Below are positions 32,664 through 45,516 of a stretch of 64,000 nt of DNA, piece by piece (within the stretch, counting starts at the first letter, position 1; every line of letters begins with the position of its first letter). Below the pieces are notes generated by a model, which saw only the letters and a program-made list of their open reading frames with translations, made no database searches and had not been told where the DNA came from. Location of the stretch: contig CALSCP010000013.1 in the NCBI GenBank assembly GCA_943704425.1, positions 11,236 through 75,235 on the forward strand. The letters are read 5' to 3'. The translations under genes and the position numbers were made by a program. Source of the stretch: Ministeria vibrans ATCC 50519 (taxonomy: Eukaryota > Protista > Filasterea).

Positions 32664-35600
32664 GCTACTCCTTCTCCTTCTGCTCCATCGTCGTCCGTGT
32701 CGCCGTCGGCCGAGTCGTTCAAGTCGAAACGACAGCGCTTCGAGGACTCGTCGTCTTACAGCATTTTTGAAAAGGTCCTTCAGGAGCACATGCGTTCGAG
32801 TAGTTCTGCTGCAGCAGCTGCCGCCGCTGCCGCGGCAGCTGCCGCGATTGAGCCCGCGTTGGAGGCTGGTGCTGACACAGACGAAGCGTCCAAGCCGGCC
32901 GAGCCGCCTCTCTCAGATTGGATTTCTTTGCGCGCCAAGGAGTTTTGCAAGAACCACGTTGCTGCAACGGGCGCGACCAAAGTGATGGGTGATTTGGGTG
33001 CACTGGCGAGCAGCTTGGAGCAGGCGACAGGCGACAAGGAGATGAATGCGATACGTATCACGCTTCACGAGGAAACTCTGCGCAGTATCTGTGTCATTTT
33101 GAATGATGCCACACTCAATGTGTCGAGTTTTGAGGTGCACAACTCGGGCCTGGCGCGTGCTCTTCTGCACTACCTCAGTGACACGGGTGCGGGTCAACTT
33201 GAGCGTCTGCGATGCTTTGCGCGTGTATTCATGGGACGTCCCGCTCGTGCCGACGCCACGATCGAGCAGCAGAGCGAGGAGACGGGCACGGTGCTTGCTC
33301 ACCTTGTCCAGCTTCTCCATGGCTCCATCAACATGCTTGAAAAGTTCCCGGTGGCCATTTCCGAGGGAGGGGCATCTGGTAGTGGTAGTGGAACCAGTGT
33401 GGGGACGTCGCCGGACTCGGTGGTGAACCGATTGCGCTCGCTCACGCAGCCTGTCAAGTTGTGTCTTCAACGTGACGAGTCAGCCGACGCGTCGCAAGTG
33501 GGCGTCTTCGACACAAACACCGTCATGATTGAGCCGCTTGCGACCGTGCAGGCCATTGAGGATTTCCTTTGGACTCGCGTTGGCAATGGCGGAGGTGGGG
33601 ATGGTGAAATGTCCAAGCACAAGGAAGGCCGAAGAGGGCGAAAGGGCGTCGACGAAGTGGAAGAGGAGGAAGGAAACGACGAAGAAGAGGAAAAGGACGA
33701 GGAACGGGGTGAGGAAGAGGAGGAGGTGGAGGAGGAGGAGGAGGAGGATGATGATGATGACGAAGAAGAAGATGAGGACGATGAAGATGGTGAGGGCCGC
33801 AACTACGTTCCGCTGACACCTGGCACGTCGGCGACGAGCATGGAAGTGCAGCAGGCCATGCATATGGCTATGGCATCGTCTCGGCGCCGTCGTCTCGACT
33901 CTGGTCCCGCTGAAGATCTCCTCCTCGACGACGACCAGTCCTCCAAACGCACCGAGGCAAAGTCCACGACCACCTCGTCTACTACTTCTTCGTCTCCTGC
34001 AGCAACAGCAGCAGCAGCAGCAGCAACAACAACAACGAGTGCTTCATCCGATGCTGGCAAGAAGGCAGACAGGTCGACTGGTGATGCTTCGTCAAAGAGC
34101 TCTCGACGCCTCTGTTTGACACTCAATGGACACGTATTGTCAACGAGCGAATCGGTGTTTCAGGCGCTGCAAAAGTACGGCATGTCGCGTGACAGCAGTG
34201 CGAGTGGTGGTGGTGATGCCACCACGATTGAAGAACATCGCGCAACGCAGTTGCGCCATTCGTTGCTGATGCGCCTGTTGGGTCGTCATGGAGGACCGAC
34301 AACAACCATTACGTATCGTGAATGGCGTGCGTCGGACGACGCTGACGAGGCGGCCAAGGTGCGCGTGGACGAGGCGGCGCTGGCGCTTGCCAAGGCAACT
34401 CCTCCGCGCACCCTTGATGACGGTGTGAACCAGGTGCCGCGCTGTATTGCCTCCGTGCTATCCATGTCATTACCGGGTCGGTCGAGCGGTGCGAGTAACA
34501 GCGAGGGGAGCGACGATGTGGCGACGGCCGAGCTGCTTGCACTGTTGCGTGCCATTGAGATTCTCAACCGCAAATGGGTGACGTTGTTTGGCATTGACGC
34601 GCGGCCGCATGGAGGCGCTGTGTTGTCACAAGGGGACTTTGTCAATGCGAAGCTGACGGCCAAGCTGACACGACAGTTGCAGGATCCGTTTACGTTGTGC
34701 AGTTCGACGCTGCCCGAGTGGTGTGCGACACTGACTCACGCGTGTCCTGTCGTCTTTTCGTACGACTGTCGTCGTCTGTACTTCTCGTCGACTGCCTATG
34801 GTGTGGCGCGTGCCTTGACTCGACTGCAAGAGCGCTCGGCGGACGCCCTGCAAGGTGTCACCTCAGAGCAGCTGCGGATTGGGCGGATATCGCGCACCAA
34901 GGTGCGCATTGGCCGCGACCGCATTCTCAAGTCGGCCATTAAGGTGATGGAGGCATACGGCACGCAAAAATCCATTCTCGAGATTGAGTACTACAATGAG
35001 CAGGGCACGGGTCTGGGACCGACGTTGGAGTTTTACACGCTGGTTTGTCGTGAGCTGCAACGACGTTCGTTGCGTTTGTGGCGCGGTGCTCTTGGGGCTA
35101 CCGACAAGAACGCCTCGGAGTGGGTTGAGCGCGGGCAGGGACTGTTTCCCGAGCCACTGTCACCGAGTGCGCCCAACGAAGAGGTGCAGCGTCGCCTGGA
35201 GCTGTTTCGGACGGTGGGACGGTTCGTGGCCAAGGCACTACTGGACTCGCGTCTGCTGGATTTGCCGCTGAACCCGCTGATGCTACAGCTGCTTGCGGGC
35301 GGACGCACGGCTGCGAACACGCTGGCCCTGCGCGACCTGCATCTCGTAGACGAGGCTTTGGCGCGACAGTTGGCAGGGCTGGCAGAGGTGGCAGAGCAGT
35401 GGCGCACGCAAGGCCGAGTGGGCGACGAGGTACTCGTGGACGGAACGACGCGCGTCGAGGACTTGTGTCTCGAGTTTGTGTTGCCTGGACGACCCGACTA
35501 CGTGCTGAAGGCAGGAGGCGATGTGGAGGTGGTAACGTTGTCGACGCTGGAGGAGTACCTTGATTTGGTGGTGGAGGCGACGCTGCGCACCGGGGTGATG

Positions 35601-36143
35601 CGACAGGTGGAGGCGATGCGCGAAGGGTTTGCGGCGGTACTGCCGGCGGGATCGCTGGTGCCGTTTGACGCGAACGAGGTGGAGGTGCTTGTGTGTGGAA
35701 GTGGGGTGTGGCAGTGGGACGTGAAGACGCTGAGTGACTGTTGCCGACCCGACCATGGGTACACGTCAATGTCGCGTGCTGTTGTGTGGCTCTACGAGGT
35801 GCTCACGGAGATGGACGTGGATGCGCAGCGTGCCTTTCTCACGTTTGCGACGGGCAGTCCTCGCTTGCCCGTTGGCGGCCTCAGTGCCCTGCGCCCACCG
35901 CTGACCATTGTGCGCAAGACCATGGCCGACGAGGTGGAGGATAGCAGTCTGCCCAGTGTCATGACCTGTCAGAATTACCTGAAGCTTCCAGGTACGCACA
36001 TGCAAAGCGCATGGAACAACTTGTTTTAAATGTTTTTTTTTGTGTGTGTGTGTGCGTCTTTAGATTACTCGAGCAAGGATGTCTTGAAGGAAAAGTTGTA
36101 TTTGGCGATGAGTGAGGGTGTTGGGAGTTTCCATTTGAGTTAA
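29260..36143 (+). CDS. TRIP12: HECT E3 ubiquitin ligase TRIP12/UFD4/UPL3
   Basis: ARM region (LSMGTEETL, ACRALTNMMEALP, IEYIDLAEQSL); FRREGV; KLTAKLTRQLQDP; GTGLGPTLEFY; TGSPRLPVGG; LPSVMTCQNYLKLP|DYSSK..GSFHLS*. Confidence 0.95.
30643..30783. repeat. (ATT)n intronic microsatellite
   Basis: Seen directly. Confidence 0.95.
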
Positions 36144-36460
36144 GAAGAGGGGTGTGTGTGAGAGTGGAAATGAAAGAGAGAGACCATTTTGAAAGGAAGT
36201 CTTTTTGTTATTTTAGACCATTTGATATAGAGAACGTTTGAAAATAATTCCTTTTAGGCTATTTGAAAAGAAGGTTTTTTAGATCATTTGAAAAGAATGG
36301 CATTCAATCGCTAAAAAGAAGTAGGCAGTAGACACTTGACTACTAAATCAGCAGTAAATAATGATTATAAATCAATGATGAATGAAAATATGAAAATAAT
36401 ATGAATGAAAATTAAATCATTATTTTTCTTTGCACTATCGATTTGATCGACTGACGCACC

Positions 36461-36568
36461 ATGACTGAGTCAGTCAAAGGGCGAGCAAAGGGCTGGGATG
36501 GTTTGATCGTGTTGACTGGTGTGTATCGCGCGCAGCGAGTTGTTTCCCCTCTCACTCTCTCTCTCTCA

Positions 36569-36623
<55 letters not shown>

Positions 36624-39600
36624 NNNNNNNNNNNNNNNNNNNNNNNNNNNNNNNNNNNNNNNNNNNNNNNNNNNNNNNNNNNNNNNNNNNNNNNNNNNNN
36701 NNNNNNNNNNNNNNNNNNNNNNNNNNNNNNNNNNNNNNNNNNNNNNNNNNNNNNNNNNNNNNNNNNNNNNNNNNNNNNNNNNNNNNNNNNNNNNNNNNNN
36801 NNNNNNNNNNNNNNNNNNNNNNNNNNNNNNNNNNNNNNNNNNNNNNNNNNNNNNNNNNNNNNNNNNNNNNNNNNNNNNNNNNNNNNNNNNNNNNNNNNNN
36901 NNNNNNNNNNNNNNNNNNNNNNNNNNNNNNNNNNNNNNNNNNNNNNNNNNNNNNNNNNNNNNNNNNNNNNNNNNNNNNNNNNNNNNNNNNNNNNNNNNNN
37001 NNNNNNNNNNNNNNNNNNNNNNNNNNNNNNNNNNNNNNNNNNNNNNNNNNNNNNNNNNNNNNNNNNNNNNNNNNNNNNNNNNNNNNNNNNNNNNNNNNNN
37101 NNNNNNNNNNNNNNNNNNNNNNNNNNNNNNNNNNNNNNNNNNNNNNNNNNNNNNNNNNNNNNNNNNNNNNNNNNNNNNNNNNNNNNNNNNNNNNNNNNNN
37201 NNNNNNNNNNNNNNNNNNNNNNNNNNNNNNNNNNNNNNNNNNNNNNNNNNNNNNNNNNNNNNNNNNNNNNNNNNNNNNNNNNNNNNNNNNNNNNNNNNNN
37301 NNNNNNNNNNNNNNNNNNNNNNNNNNNNNNNNNNNNNNNNNNNNNNNNNNNNNNNNNNNNNNNNNNNNNNNNNNNNNNNNNNNNNNNNNNNNNNNNNNNN
37401 NNNNNNNNNNNNNNNNNNNNNNNNNNNNNNNNNNNNNNNNNNNNNNNNNNNNNNNNNNNNNNNNNNNNNNNNNNNNNNNNNNNNNNNNNNNNNNNNNNNN
37501 NNNNNNNNNNNNNNNNNNNNNNNNNNNNNNNNNNNNNNNNNNNNNNNNNNNNNNNNNNNNNNNNNNNNNNNNNNNNNNNNNNNNNNNNNNNNNNNNNNNN
37601 NNNNNNNNCCTTTCTCTATCTTTTACTTTTTCTCTTTCTCTATCTTTCTCTCTTTCTCCCTCCTTTCTCTCTCTTACTTTTTCTCGTTTATCTCTCTTTT
37701 ACTTTTTTTTTCTTCTCTACCTTTCTCTTTTTCTCCCTCCTTTCTTTCTCTCTCTTTCTCTCTCTCTCTCTCTCGTTTTCCCTTTACGGTGATTGTGTAG
37801 GTTTGGCGAGTACGAAACGTTGAGTCGTAAGTTGAACGAATCGTCGATGGGAGGGGAGGCGCTCGTGCCGCTACTGGCACGTGTGGATGCGTGCATTGCG
37901 TATACCGGAAGCCACGGGCAGTACAAGGATGCGCTTGTTTATTTGACGAGGTAGTAGCAACGTCTCTCACGCTGTGGGGCGGGTGGGTGTTGACTAAACA
38001 AGTGAGTGTAGGTTTCGTCAGTGTCTGTCACGTGCACTGGACATGGTGCGCAAGTACATCACAACGACTCTCAAGGACGCAACAACACAGTGTTTCGCAC
38101 AGGCGAGCGTACAACGCAAGGGTGCCGCTTCCGCCGCCGCCACGGGCACTACCGCATCCGCCTCCGCGTCGTTGTCGTCGTCGCAGGCGGCACATCCCGC
38201 CCAGTCTGGGCCCCTTGCCGATCTTGTTCTCTACTATGGTCGTTTCCGCACCCATGCTCCGCGTGTCAGTCCCCTTCTCGCTGAGGTCTCGTTTTTGTTC
38301 ATCTGTATTTGTTAGTATTGACAGTGGTTTCTTTTGTGTATTTAGCTGCGTGCTCGAGGAGAGTCGCAGGGTGGAGTTTATCGTGCATGTTTGGACGACT
38401 GTCGCTCGTGCTATCTCAATCAGGTCCTATCCGTTTATTGCTTTTGTATAGTGTGTTGATTTTGTGGTTGGCTGTTTAGAGACACGCTCTTATTGGTCCA
38501 ATCATCGCCTCTCGAGCAGCTGCTCTTCAATCGTACGGAACTGGCTTTTGCTTCTTGGTTTTACTTTTTGTTTCTATCTCTTTTCTTATTTTTTTGTTTT
38601 TATCTTTTATCACTTTCTTTTCAATCGCTTTCTTCGCTCTATCACTGTCTTGTCGCTATCACTTTCTTCTCTCTGCCACATTCTTCTTTCTATCACATTC
38701 TTCTCTCTCTGTTCTCTGTCACTTTGTTCTCGCTATCACTTTCTTCTCTTCACCACTTTCTTTTATCACATTCTTCTCTCTCTATCACTTTGTTCTTTTT
38801 TCTCTCTTTATCACTCACACTGCTTTTTCCCTCCTTTCTCACCTCCTTGTATGTTGTGTGTTTTGCAGTGACGGAACGACTCTCGTTAATGTGATTCGGG
38901 TGGGGTGCGATGCACTGGTACGCATTGCTCGCGATGAGTATGATCTGTATGTGCACTTCTTTGCTCAGCCCGATGAGCATTTGGATTCGCTTTTGGACTC
39001 GCTTGCACAGCCCTTTTACGATTTGTTTCGGTACTACGAAAAATGGACTGGTCGCGTGTGTTTTAACTGTGTGTTTCTTTCTTCTTGTAGACCGTTGATT
39101 ATCAAGCAGAACAGCATCGAGACACTGTGCGAGGTGTGCATGGTATTGCACAGCGAGATCCTGAGCAACCAGCACACATCGAGTGGAGTGGGTAGTGGAG
39201 GTGGAAGTGGAAGTGGCAGTGGGGGAGAGGGCAGTGCCGTCGTGTCGACGGTGACGCAGATGCTTGAGGATGTCCAGCAGCGCCTTGTCTACCGTGTGCA
39301 GGCGTATCTGGACACGGAAGTGCGTCGGTTCAAACCCGCTGCTGACGACCTGTCTTACCCCGATCGGCTGTTGGCTCAACAGCGCAGTGGCGATGGCACC
39401 CTCTCCGACAACACTGCGTCTACCGATGCCTATGCCAAGTGGTACCCGACCGTCCAGCGCACTCTCGTCTGCCTCCACAAACTCTATCGTTGCGTCGACG
39501 TAAGCCACAGTCTAACTCTACGTGAACGTACTGTCGTTATCTGACACTCATCCATATCTACAGCGGGATGTGTTTTCGGGAATTGCAGACGAGGCTCTGG

Positions 39601-40681
39601 CGTACTGCACAGCCTCTCTGCAACGTGCTAGTGCCGCCATTGTCTCTCACGTCGACTCTCAACTTTTTCTCATCTCCCAACTTCTTGTCGTTCGTGAGAG
39701 CATTTCCGCCCTGCACAACATCGACTTTACCGCCCGCGAACAAAAGATCAACTTTTCGTCTCTCAGAGGTATGTTTTTATTATTGCATCCTGTATGTGCA
39801 ATTTTGCGTTTTCTGGGACTCACCTGTCTCTCATGTTGCGCCAGATGCGGCGGCCAGTCTCATCCAGCACCGCAATCGTCTGTTTGCCTTTGACCGCTCC
39901 AATGCACTTCTTGAGTTTCTTCTCGAGGGTGCTCCCCAAGTCACCCTCAGTGTCCACGACTCAAAGAAGGTCCTCACTTTCCTCCACTGTTACTCCGATC
40001 AACTGACTTGTTTCGTTTCTCTGTTTATAGGAGATTGATGTTCTGTTGAAGTCAGTGTGTGAGCGGTTCATTGAGGATACTATCAAATCGATGATCGCGC
40101 CTCTCTCGTCATTTCTCACCAAGGTAGACAGATTCTGTGTTACTGACACGCACGCTCCATCTCATCTTTGTTTTGTGCATAGGTCGATGCGTTTATGCGA
40201 GTGCGTGCCGAATCAAAAACTGGCACCGGCTCGCCCTTGCGCGATCAGCCTTTTGCCCTTCCCGGTACATCAATATTGAATCACTCTCGTTTCGTTCTTC
40301 TCTTGCTCCTCCTCATTTTATTTCTTTTTGTGTTTGATTCGTGTTGACAGAGAAGGTAAAGGTGATGGTGAACGAGGCGTATTTGCTGCTCCGCGCACAG
40401 AGTGACCTGACACATCGCTCGCTCTCTGTCTATCTGTCCAATGCCGATACCGAGTTTATCCTGTTTCGCCCAATCAAATCCGCCATTCTTCTTCAGGTGC
40501 ATATTTTCTGTTTTTTTTTGTGTGTGTCTTGACAGTCACTCTCTTACTCTTTGTACAGTTTGAGCGACTGTGTGCGCTGATTGAGAGCCCCGAGTACACT
40601 GACGACGACCGTTTGGTCATTATGTGTCCGCCTGTCGAACAGATTCGCCTTGAGCTGCAGCCTTCCACCGACCAACCCTAA
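36461..40681 (+). CDS. COG3: Conserved oligomeric Golgi complex subunit 3; 5' part interrupted by a gap
   Basis: LARVDACIAY..YKDALVYLTRFRQCLSRAL; YYGRF; RPLII..IETLCEVC; MLEDVQQRLVYR; WYPTVQRTLVCLHKLYRCVD; YLSNADTEFILFRPIK; start codon uncertain. Confidence 0.9.
36624..37608. other. Assembly gap (N run)
   Basis: Ns flanked by (CT)n. Confidence 1.
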
Positions 40682-41374
40682 AAAAAAATTGTATATCGCG
40701 CCTTTATTAAAATTTTTCTTTTTTCTTTTTTCAGAGAAATGTACTCTCGGTTAACATCTCGTTATTTTCCATCATACGAGATATTTGACAAGCTGTGCAC
40801 ATACCCAACGCCGCAAGAGACGGTGGGAAAAGTGGTAATGTTTGCTCTGCGCTCGTCACTTTCATCTTTCGACGGTGACGTAGTCGCGCTCTCTCATCGC
40901 ATCTGCTCCTGCTCGATTCCGTGGTTTAGAGTAAACTTTCAGGTGACTTCGTGGTCCGATCACAACGAGTCGTCTCGCGGACTTTTCTTTTCTTTTTTTG
41001 AAAACCTAGGATGAAAGCTTCATTGTTCAAGACAATCTAGCCTTTTTTTAATCAAACCTTCAGTTTGGTGCTACTTGTTTGCGTCCAGACACACGTTTGC
41101 TCGTTCATATATGTTATCGTTTCCCTAGAGCGGCTTTCGTCTCGTTCCGCGGGCACAAAAGGCTGTCCGCTCCCGTGCCCCACCAGACTTCTTTTCGAAA
41201 TTAAGCCGTATAAGTTCAAATTTTATGTTTCACATTTCGCGGCTTATAAATGTTTTTTTATTTTTGGCAACCTAAGCACGACATACTGCGAAATACAACA
41301 ATATTTTTACTGTTAATACAACATTATAGACAGCGAAAAACAATATCAAACATTGAAATTTGTTTTGACTGACC

Positions 41375-42253
41375 NNNNNNNNNNNNNNNNNNNNNNNNNN
41401 NNNNNNNNNNNNNNNNNNNNNNNNNNNNNNNNNNNNNNNNNNNNNNNNNNNNNNNNNNNNNNNNNNNNNNNNNNNNNNNNNNNNNNNNNNNNNNNNNNNN
41501 NNNNNNNNNNNNNNNNNNNNNNNNNNNNNNNNNNNNNNNNNNNNNNNNNNNNNNNNNNNNNNNNNNNNNNNNNNNNNNNNNNNNNNNNNNNNNNNNNNNN
41601 NNNNNNNNNNNNNNNNNNNNNNNNNNNNNNNNNNNNNNNNNNNNNNNNNNNNNNNNNNNNNNNNNNNNNNNNNNNNNNNNNNNNNNNNNNNNNNNNNNNN
41701 NNNNNNNNNNNNNNNNNNNNNNNNNNNNNNNNNNNNNNNNNNNNNNNNNNNNNNNNNNNNNNNNNNNNNNNNNNNNNNNNNNNNNNNNNNNNNNNNNNNN
41801 NNNNNNNNNNNNNNNNNNNNNNNNNNNNNNNNNNNNNNNNNNNNNNNNNNNNNNNNNNNNNNNNNNNNNNNNNNNNNNNNNNNNNNNNNNNNNNNNNNNN
41901 NNNNNNNNNNNNNNNNNNNNNNNNNNNNNNNNNNNNNNNNNNNNNNNNNNNNNNNNNNNNNNNNNNNNNNNNNNNNNNNNNNNNNNNNNNNNNNNNNNNN
42001 NNNNNNNNNNNNNNNNNNNNNNNNNNNNNNNNNNNNNNNNNNNNNNNNNNNNNNNNNNNNNNNNNNNNNNNNNNNNNNNNNNNNNNNNNNNNNNNNNNNN
42101 NNNNNNNNNNNNNNNNNNNNNNNNNNNNNNNNNNNNNNNNNNNNNNNNNNNNNNNNNNNNNNNNNNNNNNNNNNNNNNNNNNNNNNNNNNNNNNNNNNNN
42201 NNNNNNNNNNNNNNNNNNNNNNNNNNNNNNNNNNNNNNNNNNNNNNNNNNNNN
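41375..42253. other. Assembly gap (N run)
   Basis: Ns. Confidence 1.
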
Positions 42254-42760
42254 CATATGATATGCGTTGGCCCCACTCCCTCCACAGACGCTGCTCAAGG
42301 TCCGCCGCCAGCTTGTCCGAAATGGGCTCGTCGATCACACAGAGTGTCACTTTGCGATCATCGCGTGCCACACAAGTGTACATCATCAGCCTACTCGAGG
42401 CAAAAATCGCGCCAATGGGAAGCATGCCAGGTTCCAGCGTTGCTGCGCGAGCTCGTTTGGCCAGTGCGTCCGCTCTATTGTTCCACGCCTCTTCCTGTCG
42501 AGTTGGGGGCTGCACGTGTGCGCCTTCACGTGCTTCAATCGGGTCGGCGAGCAACGCTGCTGCGCTGCTCTCCACAGGAGTTCTGTGGTCACAGGAGCCT
42601 GCCGTAGCGGCTCAAGGGCGACACACAGCAATCCGTGATTTGAGCGTCCCTGAGGCTTTCACTTCCCCAGTGACGCCACATGTCTCCACGCTATATTCGG
42701 CTATGATTAACAATTCAAGCGCCCCCGCCCAATTATCGGCAGGGTTACGAGTGATCGGGT
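42254..42760 (-). mobile_element. Degenerate RNase H-like fragment, probably a decayed retroelement
   Basis: RLKHVKAHT and WNNRADALAK (RNase H C-terminal HVKAH..N..AD.LAK motif) lie in different frames; ITDC upstream; adjoins a gap. Confidence 0.45.
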
Positions 42761-43100
42761 TGAGGTGTTGGCCCAACAACGTCCACCACAATTCACAAAT
42801 AGGTTCTGGTCACTTATGGCCTGCAAGATCACAGATATGGAATTTGACGAGAAGAGAGAGAGAGAGAGGAAGAAAGAGAATGAGAAAGGTCGCGCCAGGA
42901 CGAGACGAACTATTTATTTTATTTTAGCATTATTATTTTTTTGTTTTTGTTATTACTATTATAGTATTAATTTTATTATTAGTATTATTCAGCGTGTTAC
43001 TCCCCCACACACTTCACAAGAACGCCTTCCATCGTCTATGCCACTTTTTACGCACACAGCTATCTGCTTAACACCCTACTAGTGTTTGATTCCGTTGGAA

Positions 43101-44439
43101 ATGGACGCAAACGAACAATTTGGCGTGTTGAACGCCAAAGCATCCGCCGCCTTTGCTGCGCTTCGTGAGCTGCCCGCGTACGGCGCTACGCACTGGGAGG
43201 CTCAGTTCAAGACAGCCTTCAAGCACTACACTGCCGTATGGCAGTTTCAGCGTGCGCACCGGCCGGTACGTGCCCCAACGGAACCGAACGACCGCCGCCC
43301 ACACAGTTCCATAGACGCTCGACTTGCAACGCTACGAGATTGGCGACGTAGCCTCCATGATTGGCCAGCTGTACTTTCTCTTCTACCTGCGCAGCTCGCA
43401 GACAGAACATCTGCGGCAGAGCTTCGTGTGGTATCGTCTGGTTCTCGAGCACGAATACTACACGCACGACGCACACACACTCGATGTGGTCCGACTGACC
43501 GAGCTGCTCAGCAAGACGCTGCGCTTCCACGTACGCTTTCTTGTGGTCTGCATTCTCTTGCAGCTTCCCAATTGGGCGGCGCGTGTGCAGCAGTGTGCCC
43601 GTGCGTGCAACTCCACGCTGCACAATCATGCGACCAGCGACGATTCGCCCTTTCGCAAGTTCGAGGCCATTCTGGATGAAATGCAGACGTTTGTCGAGGC
43701 CGACAGCACGACTCAGATCGGAGACAGTCCCACTGCATGCCTGATGCCCCTTCGACAGCCCTTACTAACGGACTTTGCGCGAGAGAGTCGTCCACGTCTT
43801 CGTCTGGTCGATTCTATACTTGTTGGTGCTCATGCAACTCAGTCCAAGGTCAACAGCGAACGAGTCTTGCTTTAGGCTGCTGCACCTTTTGAACCAGGCA
43901 TGTCTATCTATTTGTATACATAGGCATCGCAAATGACATTGGATGTGTTTCATGTGCTCTGTGCGCTCGAAGTGCCCCTTGAGCGCAATGTGGTGGATCG
44001 CGGTGCACATACAGACATAGACTCACATCCCAACGTACACCGTAATGCCAAATCTATTATAGAGCCACTGAATCATGTCACACACAGGAATCGCATCTGG
44101 TACGACATGCCGCCCACCGCAACCCCCACAAGTACATCATGCTCTCTCCCTCTGCCCCTGAGTTGCTCATGTTTCTTGCTGTGGCCACCCACGTATAAGA
44201 AAAAAAAAAAACGCTCAGGTGACTCACACGACATATATACAACACCAATACCTATCATAGGACCTGTCGCGCGTCACCACCACTCCTGCACCGGCTCTTC
44301 TGCTATACCTCAGTCTGGGTGGGCTGCATCCCTCGTCCGCCCCTCTCCAGCGCACTTCTCTCCTCCTCAACCCCCATTGTCCTCACGAGCCTTCAGTACG
44401 AAAAGTTACATTCATATTAGAATATAATAGAACTGATGC

Positions 44440-44473
<34 letters not shown>

Positions 44474-44646
44474 CAATAATAATAAAACAATAATAATAAT
44501 AAAACAATAATAATAATAAAACATAATAATAAAACAATAAAACATAATAATAAAAAATAACAAGAATAAAACAATAATAATAATAAAACAATAATAATAA
44601 TAAAACAATAATAAGAATAAGAAAACAACAATAACAATAAAACAGC

Positions 44647-44688
<42 letters not shown>

Positions 44689-45475
44689 GTAATCTAATTA
44701 CTGTATCATGAATAAATGGGTTGTATTCTTCTTCTAATTAATTTTATTATTATTTTTTGTCGCTTTTGTCGTCATAGGAGCAACTGAGTGCACAAGACTT
44801 GATGCCGTTTACGCGCCATGCACTGCTGCTGATCATCGATGACCAGTCGGCACAGGACCCTCCTTTGGAGTTTCTCAGTCTGACAAGTGCTTACTGTGCA
44901 CCCCTTCTTGTCATTGGGGCCCCCGTTCACACCATCCCGCTTCCCCATCGCCCCTCCGACCATCCTACCTCCCTCATGGCCCTCTTTCTACAATCTCCTC
45001 TACAGGCACGGCACTTTCCATTCTCTCTCACGCATGCATGTACACACACAATCTTATCCTGACGACTTTCAATTTTATTTAGGGTCTCTGTGTCATGTGC
45101 GGTGTTCGACAACTCAGCAACACTCAACACGACCAGAGTGAAGCGCTTCTCACATCCCTCTTTTCCCTCATGCACCGCACTCTTGCACACACACAGCCGC
45201 CCCCTCCTGCTTCCCTCTCACACTTTCTCGACGACCCTTTCGCGGCGCGTCTTCTCCTGCGCTCCATCTTCTTCCACAATGCTCTCCTCCTCCACTCCTC
45301 CATCCCCTGCGACACCTCTTCCCAACACAAAGACCTTTACTACCTACCCTCCTTCTCAGTGCCTCTCCCCCCGTTCATTGTCTCCTTGCCCGAGCACACT
45401 CTCACCCTCTCCCAAATAATTGCCATCATTTCTCCCGCTCAAGCCAATCCCTTTTCCCTAGCACACACACTGTAG
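43101..45475 (+). CDS. SCAI: Protein SCAI homolog
   Basis: LRELPAYG..WEAQF..YTAVWQFQ; RYEIGDVASMIGQLYFLFYLRSS; LRFHVRFLVVCILL; NPHKY; DLMPFTR..LLIID; FLDDPF. Confidence 0.88.
44440..44690. repeat. (AAT/AAC)-rich intronic low-complexity repeat
   Basis: Seen directly. Confidence 0.9.
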
Positions 45476-45516
45476 AATAGAATACAGCCGTCACTCAACC
45501 CACGACACACCACCTA

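Noticed and set aside
36461-37823. Long ORFs of 434-443 aa
   Set aside because: They are made of N-gap and (CT)n translation
41130-41192. Hammerhead ribozyme
   Set aside because: Core CUGAUGA and correctly placed GAAA are absent
41272-42927. Long ORFs spanning the second gap
   Set aside because: Artefacts of N runs
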